From the IMG/VR virus record IMGVR_UViG_3300033069_001774, positions 37,921-101,920 of that record: a stretch of DNA of 64,000 nt, one strand, 5' to 3'. The notes below the pieces were generated by a model that searched no databases, was not told the DNA's origin, and saw only the letters and a program-made list of their open reading frames with translations. The number at the start of each line of letters is the position of its first letter. Position 1 is the first letter of the stretch. Positions 20,337-29,853 of the stretch are shown here, piece by piece. Both the position numbers and the translations under genes were made by a program. Origin of the DNA: a virus. Lineage: Duplodnaviria > Caudoviricetes.

Positions 20337-23031
20337 CTTCGTCGCATTTTTGCTTTTGTCTGCTTTGGCGCTGGGTCAAAATGGCCCCGCCGTGGGGCAA
20401 TTCTCGATCCCGGGGCGCGTGCACGCAGACGGGGGTTTGACGCCATTCAATTTCGCGATGACGCCGCTGCGGTTGTGGGGCACTAACTCAGCAGGCGCGC
20501 CTCAGCCTATCGCGCTGGGGTCGGGTTTGTCTTTGTCGGGTGGGACTCTTACGGCTTCCGGAGGCTCCGGAGGTGGGTCGCTTAATTCTGTTGCATTGAC
20601 AGCTCCTTCAATTTTCACTGTGACGGGCTCACCCCTGACCGCAGACGGCACAATAGCGCTTTCTCTCGGCACGCAAACGGCGAACAAAGTATGGGCCGGT
20701 CCGGCTTCTGGAGCTGCGGCAGCTCCCACGTTCCGTGCATTGGTAGCGAATGACTTGCCGGATATGTCCAGCGTGTATCAACCGTTTGCAGCAGCGCTTA
20801 CCACGTTCGCCACAAACGGTTCTGCGTATTATCGATCGCGCGCTAATCACACTGGGACTCAACTCCTGGCGACCATCAGCGATGCTGGATCCCTGGCGGG
20901 ACTCAGCGCGGTTACTACTTCGCAAATCACCGATGGCACCATCACCGATGCGGATATCTCAGCAAGCGCGACCATTGCACTGTCGAAGCTGGCGACGGAC
21001 CCCTTGGCCCGGGCCAACCACACAGGCACCCAGCTCCTGGCGACCATCAGCGACGCCGGCGCGCTGGCTGCCCTGAGCGCCGTGACCACCTCGCAGATCA
21101 CCGACAGCACCATCGTTAATGCGGACATCAGCACCTCTGCAGCCATCGCGCTGTCGAAGCTGGCAACGGACCCTCTAGCACGTGCAAACCACACAGGCAC
21201 CCAGGACTGGAGCACTCTGACCAACGTGCCCGTAAACCTCAGCACTTATGCAGGCATCGCACCTTCGCCCAATGTGCAGACCTTGCTGGGAGCTGCAAAC
21301 TTTGCAGCGTTTAAAGTCTCTCTCAGCCTGGGCAACGTCGAGAACACAGCATTATCAACGTGGGCGGGCTCAACAAACCTGACCACACTTGGTACCATTA
21401 CAGCAGGCACGTGGAATGGCGCCGCCATTGGTGATGCCTACATCTCGTCAGCTTCAGTATGGAGCGCCAAAGAAAGCGCGTTGACGTTCTCGACGGGGCT
21501 CACCCGCTCGGTTAACACCATCACGGTCAATGCCACGCAAAGCATTTCCAAGCTGAGCAATCTGACCAGCAACGGTTTCGTAAAAGCCAGCGGCGGTGAC
21601 GGTACGCTCAGCATTGACACCAGCACCTATCTGACGTCAGCCGCTGCCGACAACGTCTACCAGCCGCTGAACAGCAATCTCAACACGCTGGCGGCGGGCT
21701 TTGGAGGCCTTTTTGTTTCACCTGGGCTAGTTCGCTGGAATGGCACGGGTTATGAGCTTTTATCGAGCGGCGTCCCAACAACGGCAGGCGGCACAGGCCT
21801 GTATGTTTATACGCTCGGGGACATGCTTTACAGCAGCGGCAGTTCAACCGCACTATCCAAACTTTCAGGCAACACGTCTACCACAAAGAAGTTCCTCACA
21901 CAAACCGGCGATGGCTTAGCATCTGCCGCCCCCGCATGGGGAACAGTCGCCGCCAGTGATCTCACCGGTACGTCTGCCAATGTGCAGACGTTGTTAGGTG
22001 CCGCTGATTATGCCGCGTTCAAGGCATCGCTTAGTTTGGGGAATGTTGAAAACGTCGCCATCAGCGGGTGGGTGGGGTCTAGTAATATCCTAACCGTTGG
22101 AGCAGTGAGCAGCGGCATCTGGCAGGCCACCGCCATCGCGGATGCTTACATCTCTTCAGCCTCAATTTGGAACGGCAAGGAAAGTGCCCTGACCTTTTCC
22201 TCTCCGCTATCCCGCAGCACCAACACTATCAGCCTTGCGGCCAGCGGTGTCACGGCTGCCACTTATGGGACGAGCACCGCAGCTCCCAGCCTCACGGTCA
22301 ATACCTATGGTCTGATCACGGGTGTTACAACAAACACGATCACCCCCGCCGTTGGCAGCATCACCGGCTTGGGAACGGGTGTTGCGTCAGCGCTTGGTAC
22401 CAATACCGGCTCATTAGGAGCACCGGTGCTTTTCAATCTCGCTGGTGGCACCCCCAGCTCCATCACTCTGACCAATGGCACCGGCCTGCCAGTCTCTGGT
22501 ATCACGTCGAGCACCACGACGGGTCTTGGCCTTGGCAGCATCGAGCTCGGACATGCCAGCGATACCACACTGACTCGCTCATCTGCCGGCGTGCTGGCGG
22601 TAGAGGGTGTGAACGTGTTGCTTTCCGGTGGGGCGCTGGGAACACCTTCCAGTGGCAATGTGACAAACTGCACGGTCAAGGAACATATTATTGTACCCTG
22701 CTCGGACGAAACGACCGCGCTCACAACTGGTGTAAAACGCACCTTTCGCATGCCTTGTGCGATGACGCTGACCAGCGTCCTCATCGAGGTTAACACGGCC
22801 CCGACCGGCTCTGTAATCGTGGTCGACGTCAAAGCTGGGGGTAGCACGATATTTTCGACAAAGCCACAAATTGCCATTTCCGCCTTCGACAGTTACGGCG
22901 GCGCGGTTCCCGGTGTGCTTTCTACAACCTCCCTACCCATCAGGACAGAGATCATTATTTCGGTCGATCAGATCGGAAGCACCATCGCCGGAAAAGGGAT
23001 CAAGGTCACCTTCATCGGAACCCGTCAATGA
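20317..23031 (+). CDS. Tail fibre-like repeat protein with N-terminal signal-peptide-like sequence
   Basis: S/T/G/A-rich; 57-aa repeats containing RANHTGTQ; 85-aa duplication; N-terminus MAYLINSFVAFLLLSALALG|Q. Confidence 0.7.
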   Translation: MAYLINSFVAFLLLSALALGQNGPAVGQFSIPGRVHADGGLTPFNFAMTPLRLWGTNSAGAPQPIALGSGLSLSGGTLTASGGSGGGSLNSVALTAPSIFTVTGSPLTADGTIALSLGTQTANKVWAGPASGAAAAPTFRALVANDLPDMSSVYQPFAAALTTFATNGSAYYRSRANHTGTQLLATISDAGSLAGLSAVTTSQITDGTITDADISASATIALSKLATDPLARANHTGTQLLATISDAGALAALSAVTTSQITDSTIVNADISTSAAIALSKLATDPLARANHTGTQDWSTLTNVPVNLSTYAGIAPSPNVQTLLGAANFAAFKVSLSLGNVENTALSTWAGSTNLTTLGTITAGTWNGAAIGDAYISSASVWSAKESALTFSTGLTRSVNTITVNATQSISKLSNLTSNGFVKASGGDGTLSIDTSTYLTSAAADNVYQPLNSNLNTLAAGFGGLFVSPGLVRWNGTGYELLSSGVPTTAGGTGLYVYTLGDMLYSSGSSTALSKLSGNTSTTKKFLTQTGDGLASAAPAWGTVAASDLTGTSANVQTLLGAADYAAFKASLSLGNVENVAISGWVGSSNILTVGAVSSGIWQATAIADAYISSASIWNGKESALTFSSPLSRSTNTISLAASGVTAATYGTSTAAPSLTVNTYGLITGVTTNTITPAVGSITGLGTGVASALGTNTGSLGAPVLFNLAGGTPSSITLTNGTGLPVSGITSSTTTGLGLGSIELGHASDTTLTRSSAGVLAVEGVNVLLSGGALGTPSSGNVTNCTVKEHIIVPCSDETTALTTGVKRTFRMPCAMTLTSVLIEVNTAPTGSVIVVDVKAGGSTIFSTKPQIAISAFDSYGGAVPGVLSTTSLPIRTEIIISVDQIGSTIAGKGIKVTFIGTRQ
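20839..21204 (+). repeat. 171-nt (57-aa) tandem coding repeat, RANHTGTQ units at 20839, 21010, 21181
   Basis: Directly visible; a further copy occurs at 24782 in the second fibre gene. Confidence 0.85.
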
Positions 23032-24137
23032 AACGCTTCACCACCATCCTTTGCGCCCTGCTACTGCCGTTGCTGCTGTGCTCGACCATCTATCTCGACT
23101 ACCCCGAGACTTCCGCAGCAGGCCCCACGGCATTTCTCGCCACGGTCAACAATTCCTCCAGTGGTTTCACCCTGCCGCTGGTGAGCGGTGTCACGTATGA
23201 CTTTTACGTGACCTGGGGGGATGGCAGCGCGGTGGATCACATCACCACCTGGAATCAAGCCCAAGCCACGCATAACTACCCCACGAATGGCAGTTATCAG
23301 ATGAGCATCACAGGCACGATGCCGCGCTGGTATTTCAATTACAGCGGCAGCCGTTTGAAGCTCAAGTCGGTTGATTCATGGGGTTCGATTGCGTGGTCAT
23401 CCATGGACTCCGCCTTCAGCGGCTGCTCCAATTGCGTGAGCTTCCCCACTGGCGGCGATTTTTCAGCGGTGACTAATTTTAACTATGCCTGGGCGTATTG
23501 CTCGGGGTTGACGAGCTTCCCGCTCATCGACACCAGCCATGTCACCAATTTTTCCAATGCATGGTATAACTGCACCGGGCTCACGAGCTTCCCGCTCATC
23601 AACACCAGTGCTGCCACCACGCTCGCTTTTGCCTGGGCTTACTGCCAGGCCTTGACGAGCTTCCCGCTCATTGACACCAGCCATGTCACCAGTCTGTATA
23701 GCACGTGGATTGTCTGTAATCATCTCACGAGCTTCCCGCTCATCAATACCAGCGCGGTTACCAACATGAACACTACCTGGGGTTATTGCTCGGGCCTCAC
23801 GAGCTTCCCGCTCATCGACACCAGCATTGTGACTGACATCTCGACGTGCTTTTACAGCTGCAATCAGCTTACCAGCCTGCCCGCGCTTAATCTGACAGCA
23901 GCGACCAACACACTCAATGCGTTTTTAAACATGTCAGCCATGACAAGCTGCAATGTTTTGAATCTCAAGGTGACGACATCCTTCGCGAGCAGCAACATGG
24001 GAGCAGCGGCACTAAACACCTTGTTTACTAATCTTTCGACTGTCACCAGCAAAACGATCACGGTCACTGGAAATCCCGGGGCGGCAACCTGCACCCCAAG
24101 TATCGCCACAGGCAAAGGCTGGACCGTCACGCAATGA
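23028..24137 (+). CDS. BspA/DUF285-type LRR surface/receptor-binding protein with PKD-like N-domain and signal peptide
   Basis: 'VTWGDGS...THNY' PKD-like; 24-aa repeats 'LTSFPLIDTSxVTxxxxxWxxCxx'; N-terminus MKRFTTILCALLLPLLLC. Confidence 0.75.
   Translation: MKRFTTILCALLLPLLLCSTIYLDYPETSAAGPTAFLATVNNSSSGFTLPLVSGVTYDFYVTWGDGSAVDHITTWNQAQATHNYPTNGSYQMSITGTMPRWYFNYSGSRLKLKSVDSWGSIAWSSMDSAFSGCSNCVSFPTGGDFSAVTNFNYAWAYCSGLTSFPLIDTSHVTNFSNAWYNCTGLTSFPLINTSAATTLAFAWAYCQALTSFPLIDTSHVTSLYSTWIVCNHLTSFPLINTSAVTNMNTTWGYCSGLTSFPLIDTSIVTDISTCFYSCNQLTSLPALNLTAATNTLNAFLNMSAMTSCNVLNLKVTTSFASSNMGAAALNTLFTNLSTVTSKTITVTGNPGAATCTPSIATGKGWTVTQ
23511..23815 (+). repeat. 72-nt period coding repeat with invariant ACGAGCTTCCCGCTCAT (5 exact copies)
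   Basis: Copies at 23511, 23583, 23655, 23727, 23799. Confidence 0.9.
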
Positions 24138-24141
24138 CCCC

Positions 24142-24612
24142 ATGAATAAAATTCTTTTCAACACCCAGACGCAGAGTTTTCAACCTTACCCGCGTGATGA
24201 CGATGAAGAGGTGATCGGCCTCGATCCGATCTATTTGGTCTACACCGTCAATCAAGACGCACCGCCCTCGTACGATCCTGCGCTGCAGCACCTGCAGCAG
24301 ACGGAAAGCGTTGATCACACCGCCCGTACTGTTCAGCGTGGCTGGGCTTTGGTAGACAATGTCATCAGCGTCTCCATGACCTCCATGCGCCAGGCTTTGA
24401 CCGATGCCGGGTTCCGCCAGGCCGTGATCGATGCCATCGCAGCCATCCCTGATGAAACGCAGAGGCTTTACGCGCAAGACTGGTGGGCTACATCACCCGT
24501 GGTGGAGAAGGAACATCCGCTTGTGATTGCGCTTGCTGCAGCTCTTGGACAGACACAGGAACAAGTCGACGCCGTATTCGCTGCGGCGAAACTTAAAGAT
24601 TCTGCCGCTTGA
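24142..24612 (+). CDS. Tail fibre assembly/chaperone-like protein
   Basis: C-terminal 'W...VVEKEHPLVIALAAALGQTQEQVDAVFAAA' is common next to fibre genes. Confidence 0.55.
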   Translation: MNKILFNTQTQSFQPYPRDDDEEVIGLDPIYLVYTVNQDAPPSYDPALQHLQQTESVDHTARTVQRGWALVDNVISVSMTSMRQALTDAGFRQAVIDAIAAIPDETQRLYAQDWWATSPVVEKEHPLVIALAAALGQTQEQVDAVFAAAKLKDSAA

Positions 24613-24640
24613 TGTTTCACCTGTCATTAACGTGATCAAT

Positions 24641-25846
24641 ATGCATACCAAACTTGTACTCGTAATCTTGCTGCTCTGCGGCCGAGGTGTTTATGCGCAG
24701 TCGGCTGTGCAAAGCCCGCATCAGCCACGCAGCGCTGCGCTCAGCACAATAGCCACCAATGGGGCTGCCTATTATTTGAATCGCGCCAATCATACAGGCA
24801 CCCAGCTGCTGAGCACAATCAGTGACGCCGGAGACCTGGCCGCCCTGGACACCGTGACGTCTGCGAAGATTGAAGACCTCACCATCGTGTCAGGAGACAT
24901 CGCCAATGGAACTATTGCTCGTGGCAAATTAGATCCCGGCGCCTATTCGACAGGTGGCAATTGGACGGCGGACAGCGGCAAGCTGGTTCAATTTCAAAAC
25001 AACGGCGAGATCACCGCCACCAGTTCAGTTACGGCGGTTGCCACAACAGGTACGTGGAAACAGTCTGGGCAGGTGAAGCCAGACGGTTTCCTTTTTCAAA
25101 ACGTCGGGGGGGTGTCCGGCCGGTTCTTCAACTTTATAATGCCCGCCATCTCCGGCTCCCGCGCTGTTTATCTTCCCAGCGAATCAGGAACCCTCGCCCG
25201 CGTGGAGGACATCACACCCGCGCAACTGACGCAGTCGGGCGCGACCACCGGGCAGGGTATTGTGTGGAACGGGACCGCCTGGGCACCCGGGACTGTTGGC
25301 GGGGCGCTCACCGTTGGCACCACTGATGTCGCGAGCGGTGCTAGTGGTCATTTGATGTATGAAACGTCGGGCAATAAACTTGGCGAAATTTCTGGTGTCA
25401 CCAGTGATGGTGCTTCTCTTTTGTTTTCCAGCAGCGCGACCCTTAGCTGGAACAGCGACACGTATGTGGCACGAAAGGCCGCAGCGACTCTTCAGGTCGG
25501 TCAGGACGTAAATGCAGATGCCGCGGACCAAGTAATCAAGGCTGCTGATGGGGTCACCGGAACCAACCGCAATGGCGGGGATCTGACCATGGCGTCTGGG
25601 AATTCCACGGGCACAGGCACCAGTGCTGTCACAGTCAAAACACCAGCGGCCGGCAGCAGTGGAACGACCGCGCACACAGCCGTAGAGCGCCTCCGCATTG
25701 ACAGTACAGGCGTGTGGATTGAAAACACCACAGCACCCGCTTCCAATCCTGCCGCAGGCTCTTTCATCCTCTACGTGGACCCAGCAGACAACACACTTCG
25801 CGCACGCGGATCCAGCGGAACCATCACCATCCTCGCAAACCCATGA
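24641..25846 (+). CDS. Second fibre-like protein with signal-peptide-like N-terminus
   Basis: MHTKLVLVILLLCGRGVYA|QS; shares 'NGAAYY.RANHTGTQLL.TISDAG' with 20317 gene. Confidence 0.65.
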   Translation: MHTKLVLVILLLCGRGVYAQSAVQSPHQPRSAALSTIATNGAAYYLNRANHTGTQLLSTISDAGDLAALDTVTSAKIEDLTIVSGDIANGTIARGKLDPGAYSTGGNWTADSGKLVQFQNNGEITATSSVTAVATTGTWKQSGQVKPDGFLFQNVGGVSGRFFNFIMPAISGSRAVYLPSESGTLARVEDITPAQLTQSGATTGQGIVWNGTAWAPGTVGGALTVGTTDVASGASGHLMYETSGNKLGEISGVTSDGASLLFSSSATLSWNSDTYVARKAAATLQVGQDVNADAADQVIKAADGVTGTNRNGGDLTMASGNSTGTGTSAVTVKTPAAGSSGTTAHTAVERLRIDSTGVWIENTTAPASNPAAGSFILYVDPADNTLRARGSSGTITILANP

Positions 25847-26673
25847 TCGCACGCAATTTATTCTGGAACCAGGGAGCCCCACCGTCTGTCGGCGACTTCC
25901 TGAAAGTCAAGGACACCACCACCGGTGAAATGGAGGTGGGTACTCCTGCGGGCGGTGCGCTTGTACGCGGGAGCGGCTTGCTGCAGGGTGACACTTCCCC
26001 AGGTGCTGCCGCCACTTTAGCGCCAGACCTCACTGTTACCTTTGGTCTTATTCCGGTCGATGGTACTATATGGTCTTTGGGCACCTACGGGACTTTTTAC
26101 ACTTTCACCTGGGCGTCATCGGATCCAGTCAACGGATCCGCTTGGATTGACATCACGTCTCTTTCTTCGATATACGATGCAGCCTCAGCATTTGCGACGG
26201 CGGTCAACAGCTTGTCTCTCGGGTTTGTGACTGCCAGCAACCTGTCGGAGGTCACCACCATTACAACCTCCACAGTAGGTGCAACTTCCGTTCTTAATAT
26301 CTCCATTGGCGACGGCTCAGCTACATCAGTGGGCGGTGGCACAGGTGCAGATGCAGTTGCTCCAAGTGGTGGCATTTCCGAGGTTGTCATAATCGCACAA
26401 GATGGAACGAAAACCATCAAGCCAGTCAAAGCTGGGTTTCATGACGCGGGCGGTGTGGCTGTTGGTGTGCAATTAGCACTCAAAGTGGGAGGTACGTACT
26501 ACCCCATCGGCACCGCTTTGACGGCTTCTGCAACTGTTGGATCCATCGAACCTGGGTCGTTTTATGCTGAATGGATTTCCGGCCGCGCTTCGGCTGCCTT
26601 GGTGGCGTACATGACTGGAAGCACACCCCTCGGCGGCACTCTCACTTGCTGGGCCGTTGCTGAGCAGGCTTGA
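25843..26673 (+). CDS. Hypothetical virion/fibre protein
   Basis: ATGA overlap; T/G/S-rich. Confidence 0.6.
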   Translation: MIARNLFWNQGAPPSVGDFLKVKDTTTGEMEVGTPAGGALVRGSGLLQGDTSPGAAATLAPDLTVTFGLIPVDGTIWSLGTYGTFYTFTWASSDPVNGSAWIDITSLSSIYDAASAFATAVNSLSLGFVTASNLSEVTTITTSTVGATSVLNISIGDGSATSVGGGTGADAVAPSGGISEVVIIAQDGTKTIKPVKAGFHDAGGVAVGVQLALKVGGTYYPIGTALTASATVGSIEPGSFYAEWISGRASAALVAYMTGSTPLGGTLTCWAVAEQA

Positions 26674-26724
26674 TGTGCGCTGAGTGATCTTGCGCAAGTC
26701 CTAGCTCCCCGTGTAGTGTACCAC

Positions 26725-27336
26725 ATGATCCCTGGAACCTTACCTCCTGCCCCCTGCAATTTGCAGCACGTTGGCGTGCTTTTGAATGCCTACGGTTACG
26801 GTGTGATCCCACTGCCTGATCGCGCACTTAACACCAGCCTGCGCTGTGCGGCGTGGCTCACGCGTGGCGCCGGGCCTGCGATCTTGCTGGAGGATCCGGA
26901 AGGTACGCGCATGTTCCGCCAAAACACTGGCAAGGCTATCGCGTGTAATTATGTGCTGCCCGCGTCTGACCGTCTGAAGCCTGGTGATTATACATTATGG
27001 TACCACTTCGGTGATGAGGCGGTGTCCGCAATGACGCTGCATGCGCCCGACAGCCCGGCAAATGCACGCTCCACCAGCTTCAAAGCGGCCAAGGACATTG
27101 ACGGTCTCGTGTTGCGCGACGACGTGTCAGTGGCGGCAGGACAAGCCACGGTGACCGTGACATTCCCGCGCCGTGTGGACACCAACGTACAGCGTCTCGG
27201 CGTCATGCTTTACCGCAACAATGACCCCGCCGCGCTGGTGCCCTTCCGCGTCACGATTTACGACCAGTCTAGTTTTCGTGTCGTGCTTCTCACGCCGGCT
27301 GCGGAGCCGCTGCGGTTGAGCTGGGTGGTCTATTGA
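26725..27336 (+). CDS. Hypothetical protein (C-terminal small beta domain)
   Basis: Preceded by TTGCGC-N18-TAGTGT; convergent with minus-strand gene. Confidence 0.6.
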   Translation: MIPGTLPPAPCNLQHVGVLLNAYGYGVIPLPDRALNTSLRCAAWLTRGAGPAILLEDPEGTRMFRQNTGKAIACNYVLPASDRLKPGDYTLWYHFGDEAVSAMTLHAPDSPANARSTSFKAAKDIDGLVLRDDVSVAAGQATVTVTFPRRVDTNVQRLGVMLYRNNDPAALVPFRVTIYDQSSFRVVLLTPAAEPLRLSWVVY

Positions 27337-29768
27337 GCTACCGGGGCATCCAGTAGTGGCATGTCCCGACCGTAATGATTGCGGAACAGCTCCATGCAGG
27401 AGTGCGCATCCATCTCGAATTTAATGTCTGGATGTACACGCAAATCTTCAACGAGTGTGCGCAGCTCCAGCTGGAGTGAGATCATGTCGAGCACATCGAC
27501 GAACTTGGACGCGTCGATAGTGATCTTCTGTGCTGCGAAATTATAACGGCACAGGTCAGGCAGCTCCGTGTGTGGGATCAATTTGAGCCACTTCTCCACC
27601 CACGCGTATGGCTGAATGCTGAGAGGCATATCCTGACCGTAATGGTGCTCTAAGAACAAGTGCCCCGTCACAGCCAGCCCGTTGCTGTAAAGCACACTAG
27701 GCTGATGCGTTGCAGGTTTGGATGTGGCCGACATCAGCGTCTCGCACACCCGCGGCAGAATGCGTTGCAGAACTCCGGCCGCGCGCTCCAATTCTTCGTG
27801 TGAGTGTTGTTTGCTCACGTAGCGCCCAGCAGAGGAGAGCACAAAGTAGGGCTCGCGCACAGCGGTCAGGTTACGCACGACGGACGCTGTGGTCCACGCA
27901 GGGTAAAATCGCAATGCGGGGTTGCTGCGCTCCACGCGGGACAAGGGGCGTATTTGGCCCAGCCCGCGAAACAAACCATCCAGCAAGGCCATGCTGCGTT
28001 CGTCATGCCGCAGCTGCACACACTGTAGGTCCTGGTGTCCATGTGCGCGGACAACGACACCGATGATCATCTGCACGAACGTGGCAAGCTCCGGGTCGAG
28101 ATCTCCAGCGATGTTGCGCAGCTCCGGCGCCGCCTCGTAGCAATCCAGCGTTTGCACCTCCGGATGGAACGGCATGACTTTGCGACTCAGCCCTCGGTCC
28201 ATAGTCACCCGCCAGCCTGGCGCATAGAACCCCTTGCGCTGCAGATCCCAACCCAGGAAGGGAAGACCCTCTTCGGAGGGGAGCCTGGGGACTTGGCGGC
28301 GCAGATGGAACGCCACGTTACGGAACTGCCCGTGATCGCGCAGCATGGGCACCGCGGTGCTGCCTTTGACCGCCGCCACCACTTGTATGTGGTCTTGAAG
28401 CTCGCGCGGGGAATCCAGCATACGCCCCGGCAAAATGGTCTCGAGCACTTGATTCTCGATGTGGATGGTCGCCGTGTGGTGCAGCGGCACGGTGTCGCCG
28501 AAGCTGATATTCTTTTGCAGCTGCAGTGTGAAGTTGCTGATAAGCTCGGGGTGCCCCGCGCCGCGCCGCACTTTGTAGCCATCTGGTGTTTCCAATAGGC
28601 AGGTTCTCTCCGAGCGATAGACTTCCACGTCGTACATGGCGCCAGACAGCTGCTCGGCCGCACCAGCAAACCCTGCACTTTTGAAGCGCGCAAGCAGCTG
28701 GCTCTTGAGCAGCCCCTGCGGATTGAAAGATCCGAGCAGTGTGATCCCCGAGGAATTCAGCCGACCGTTGCGCAAATGCGCTTTCAGTTCGCGAAACATG
28801 AACGCATCAAAATCCAGCGTGACATTCTCCGGCAAGCAGAAGACCTGGGTCTGCGGAAAGATACGCTGCAGGTGCACGACGTTCGCCGGTGTCGGCTCAA
28901 GCTTGCTGTCGTAAACACAGTGCACATTGTCCATGGTGCTGGCCATGGAGGCCAGCTCATTGCCAGCGCGGCCAAAGAGGTATGCCATGCTGGTGCTGTT
29001 GGGTGCGTTCACCCGCCATGCAGAGTTCTGCACCGCAGCGCCGATGACTTCCGGGTGCAGGTATATGGCGCTCGTGATGACGCCTTGGCGCCATGCGCCA
29101 GCAAACGCAACGTCGAAAGGTTGCAGGTCGATACGCGCGCGCCAAGTCTTGCTCTGCAAATCGATCAAACTGAGACTGACCAACTCGTGCGGGTGTGTGA
29201 AATATGGAATGATCAACAGCGCTCTACCTTTAGGCAAAGGGGGATACGCCACCTGCGAGCGTTTCAGGATCGCCTCCAGTGCCTGCACTTCCAGCGCTGA
29301 CGCGGCGAAGATGAGATTGCGACAGCTGTCACGATGCGTGCCGAAGCGCTCCAGATTGGCGAGCAATGCTGCCTTGTCCGCCGACACATCAGGACCGTTC
29401 AGCGCCACGAGGTAGTCGAGCAAACGACGCCGTTGTCGCACTTCCCGGGCATACTGGCTGGCAAAGTTCTCGGGCGTAGTTTCTGTCTGCAGATTGGTAC
29501 GCTCAGGGAAAAGCTTCTGCACGCGCGCCGCGCCGGCCAGCAGCGTGCGTGGTGTGGTGCAGCCTGTGGCCAGCTCGCAGACGGATCCCGTGAGCAACGT
29601 GCAGCGATCGTTCAGGCACAGGAAGCTGGATGGCATGACCCACATACCGGAGGAGCAATACGGGCAGGTGATCATGTAGCGCCCATGGTCTCGGCGCACA
29701 GGCAAGCCCAGGCGTTCGACCAGTTCCAGGGGCTTGATCTGACTTTCAATAGCGTGGGTGAGCAGCAT
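27330..29768 (-). CDS. Primase/primase-helicase-like protein, apparently degenerate
   Basis: N-terminal Zn ribbon 'LVERLGL...TCPYC...FLCLNDRC'; TOPRIM-like strands lacking EG/DxD; DUF927-like 'ELISNF...FLGWD'; start set at ATG 29768. Confidence 0.5.
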   Translation of the reverse strand: MLLTHAIESQIKPLELVERLGLPVRRDHGRYMITCPYCSSGMWVMPSSFLCLNDRCTLLTGSVCELATGCTTPRTLLAGAARVQKLFPERTNLQTETTPENFASQYAREVRQRRRLLDYLVALNGPDVSADKAALLANLERFGTHRDSCRNLIFAASALEVQALEAILKRSQVAYPPLPKGRALLIIPYFTHPHELVSLSLIDLQSKTWRARIDLQPFDVAFAGAWRQGVITSAIYLHPEVIGAAVQNSAWRVNAPNSTSMAYLFGRAGNELASMASTMDNVHCVYDSKLEPTPANVVHLQRIFPQTQVFCLPENVTLDFDAFMFRELKAHLRNGRLNSSGITLLGSFNPQGLLKSQLLARFKSAGFAGAAEQLSGAMYDVEVYRSERTCLLETPDGYKVRRGAGHPELISNFTLQLQKNISFGDTVPLHHTATIHIENQVLETILPGRMLDSPRELQDHIQVVAAVKGSTAVPMLRDHGQFRNVAFHLRRQVPRLPSEEGLPFLGWDLQRKGFYAPGWRVTMDRGLSRKVMPFHPEVQTLDCYEAAPELRNIAGDLDPELATFVQMIIGVVVRAHGHQDLQCVQLRHDERSMALLDGLFRGLGQIRPLSRVERSNPALRFYPAWTTASVVRNLTAVREPYFVLSSAGRYVSKQHSHEELERAAGVLQRILPRVCETLMSATSKPATHQPSVLYSNGLAVTGHLFLEHHYGQDMPLSIQPYAWVEKWLKLIPHTELPDLCRYNFAAQKITIDASKFVDVLDMISLQLELRTLVEDLRVHPDIKFEMDAHSCMELFRNHYGRDMPLLDAPVAQ

Positions 29769-29853
29769 CGGTGTGGGTGTATAGATTTGCCACCGTCTGG
29801 GGGTGGGGTCAAGTCCCCCTGCAATTCGCCCCTGAAACGCGCTATAAGTAATT

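Noticed and set aside
23511-23815. Regularly spaced 17-nt repeats resembling a CRISPR array
   Set aside because: 72-nt in-frame period inside an intact LRR gene; the 'spacers' are homologous to each other
2-27336. Extracellular contractile injection system or tailocin
   Set aside because: The same contig carries terminase and a full replication module, so a phage is the simpler explanation
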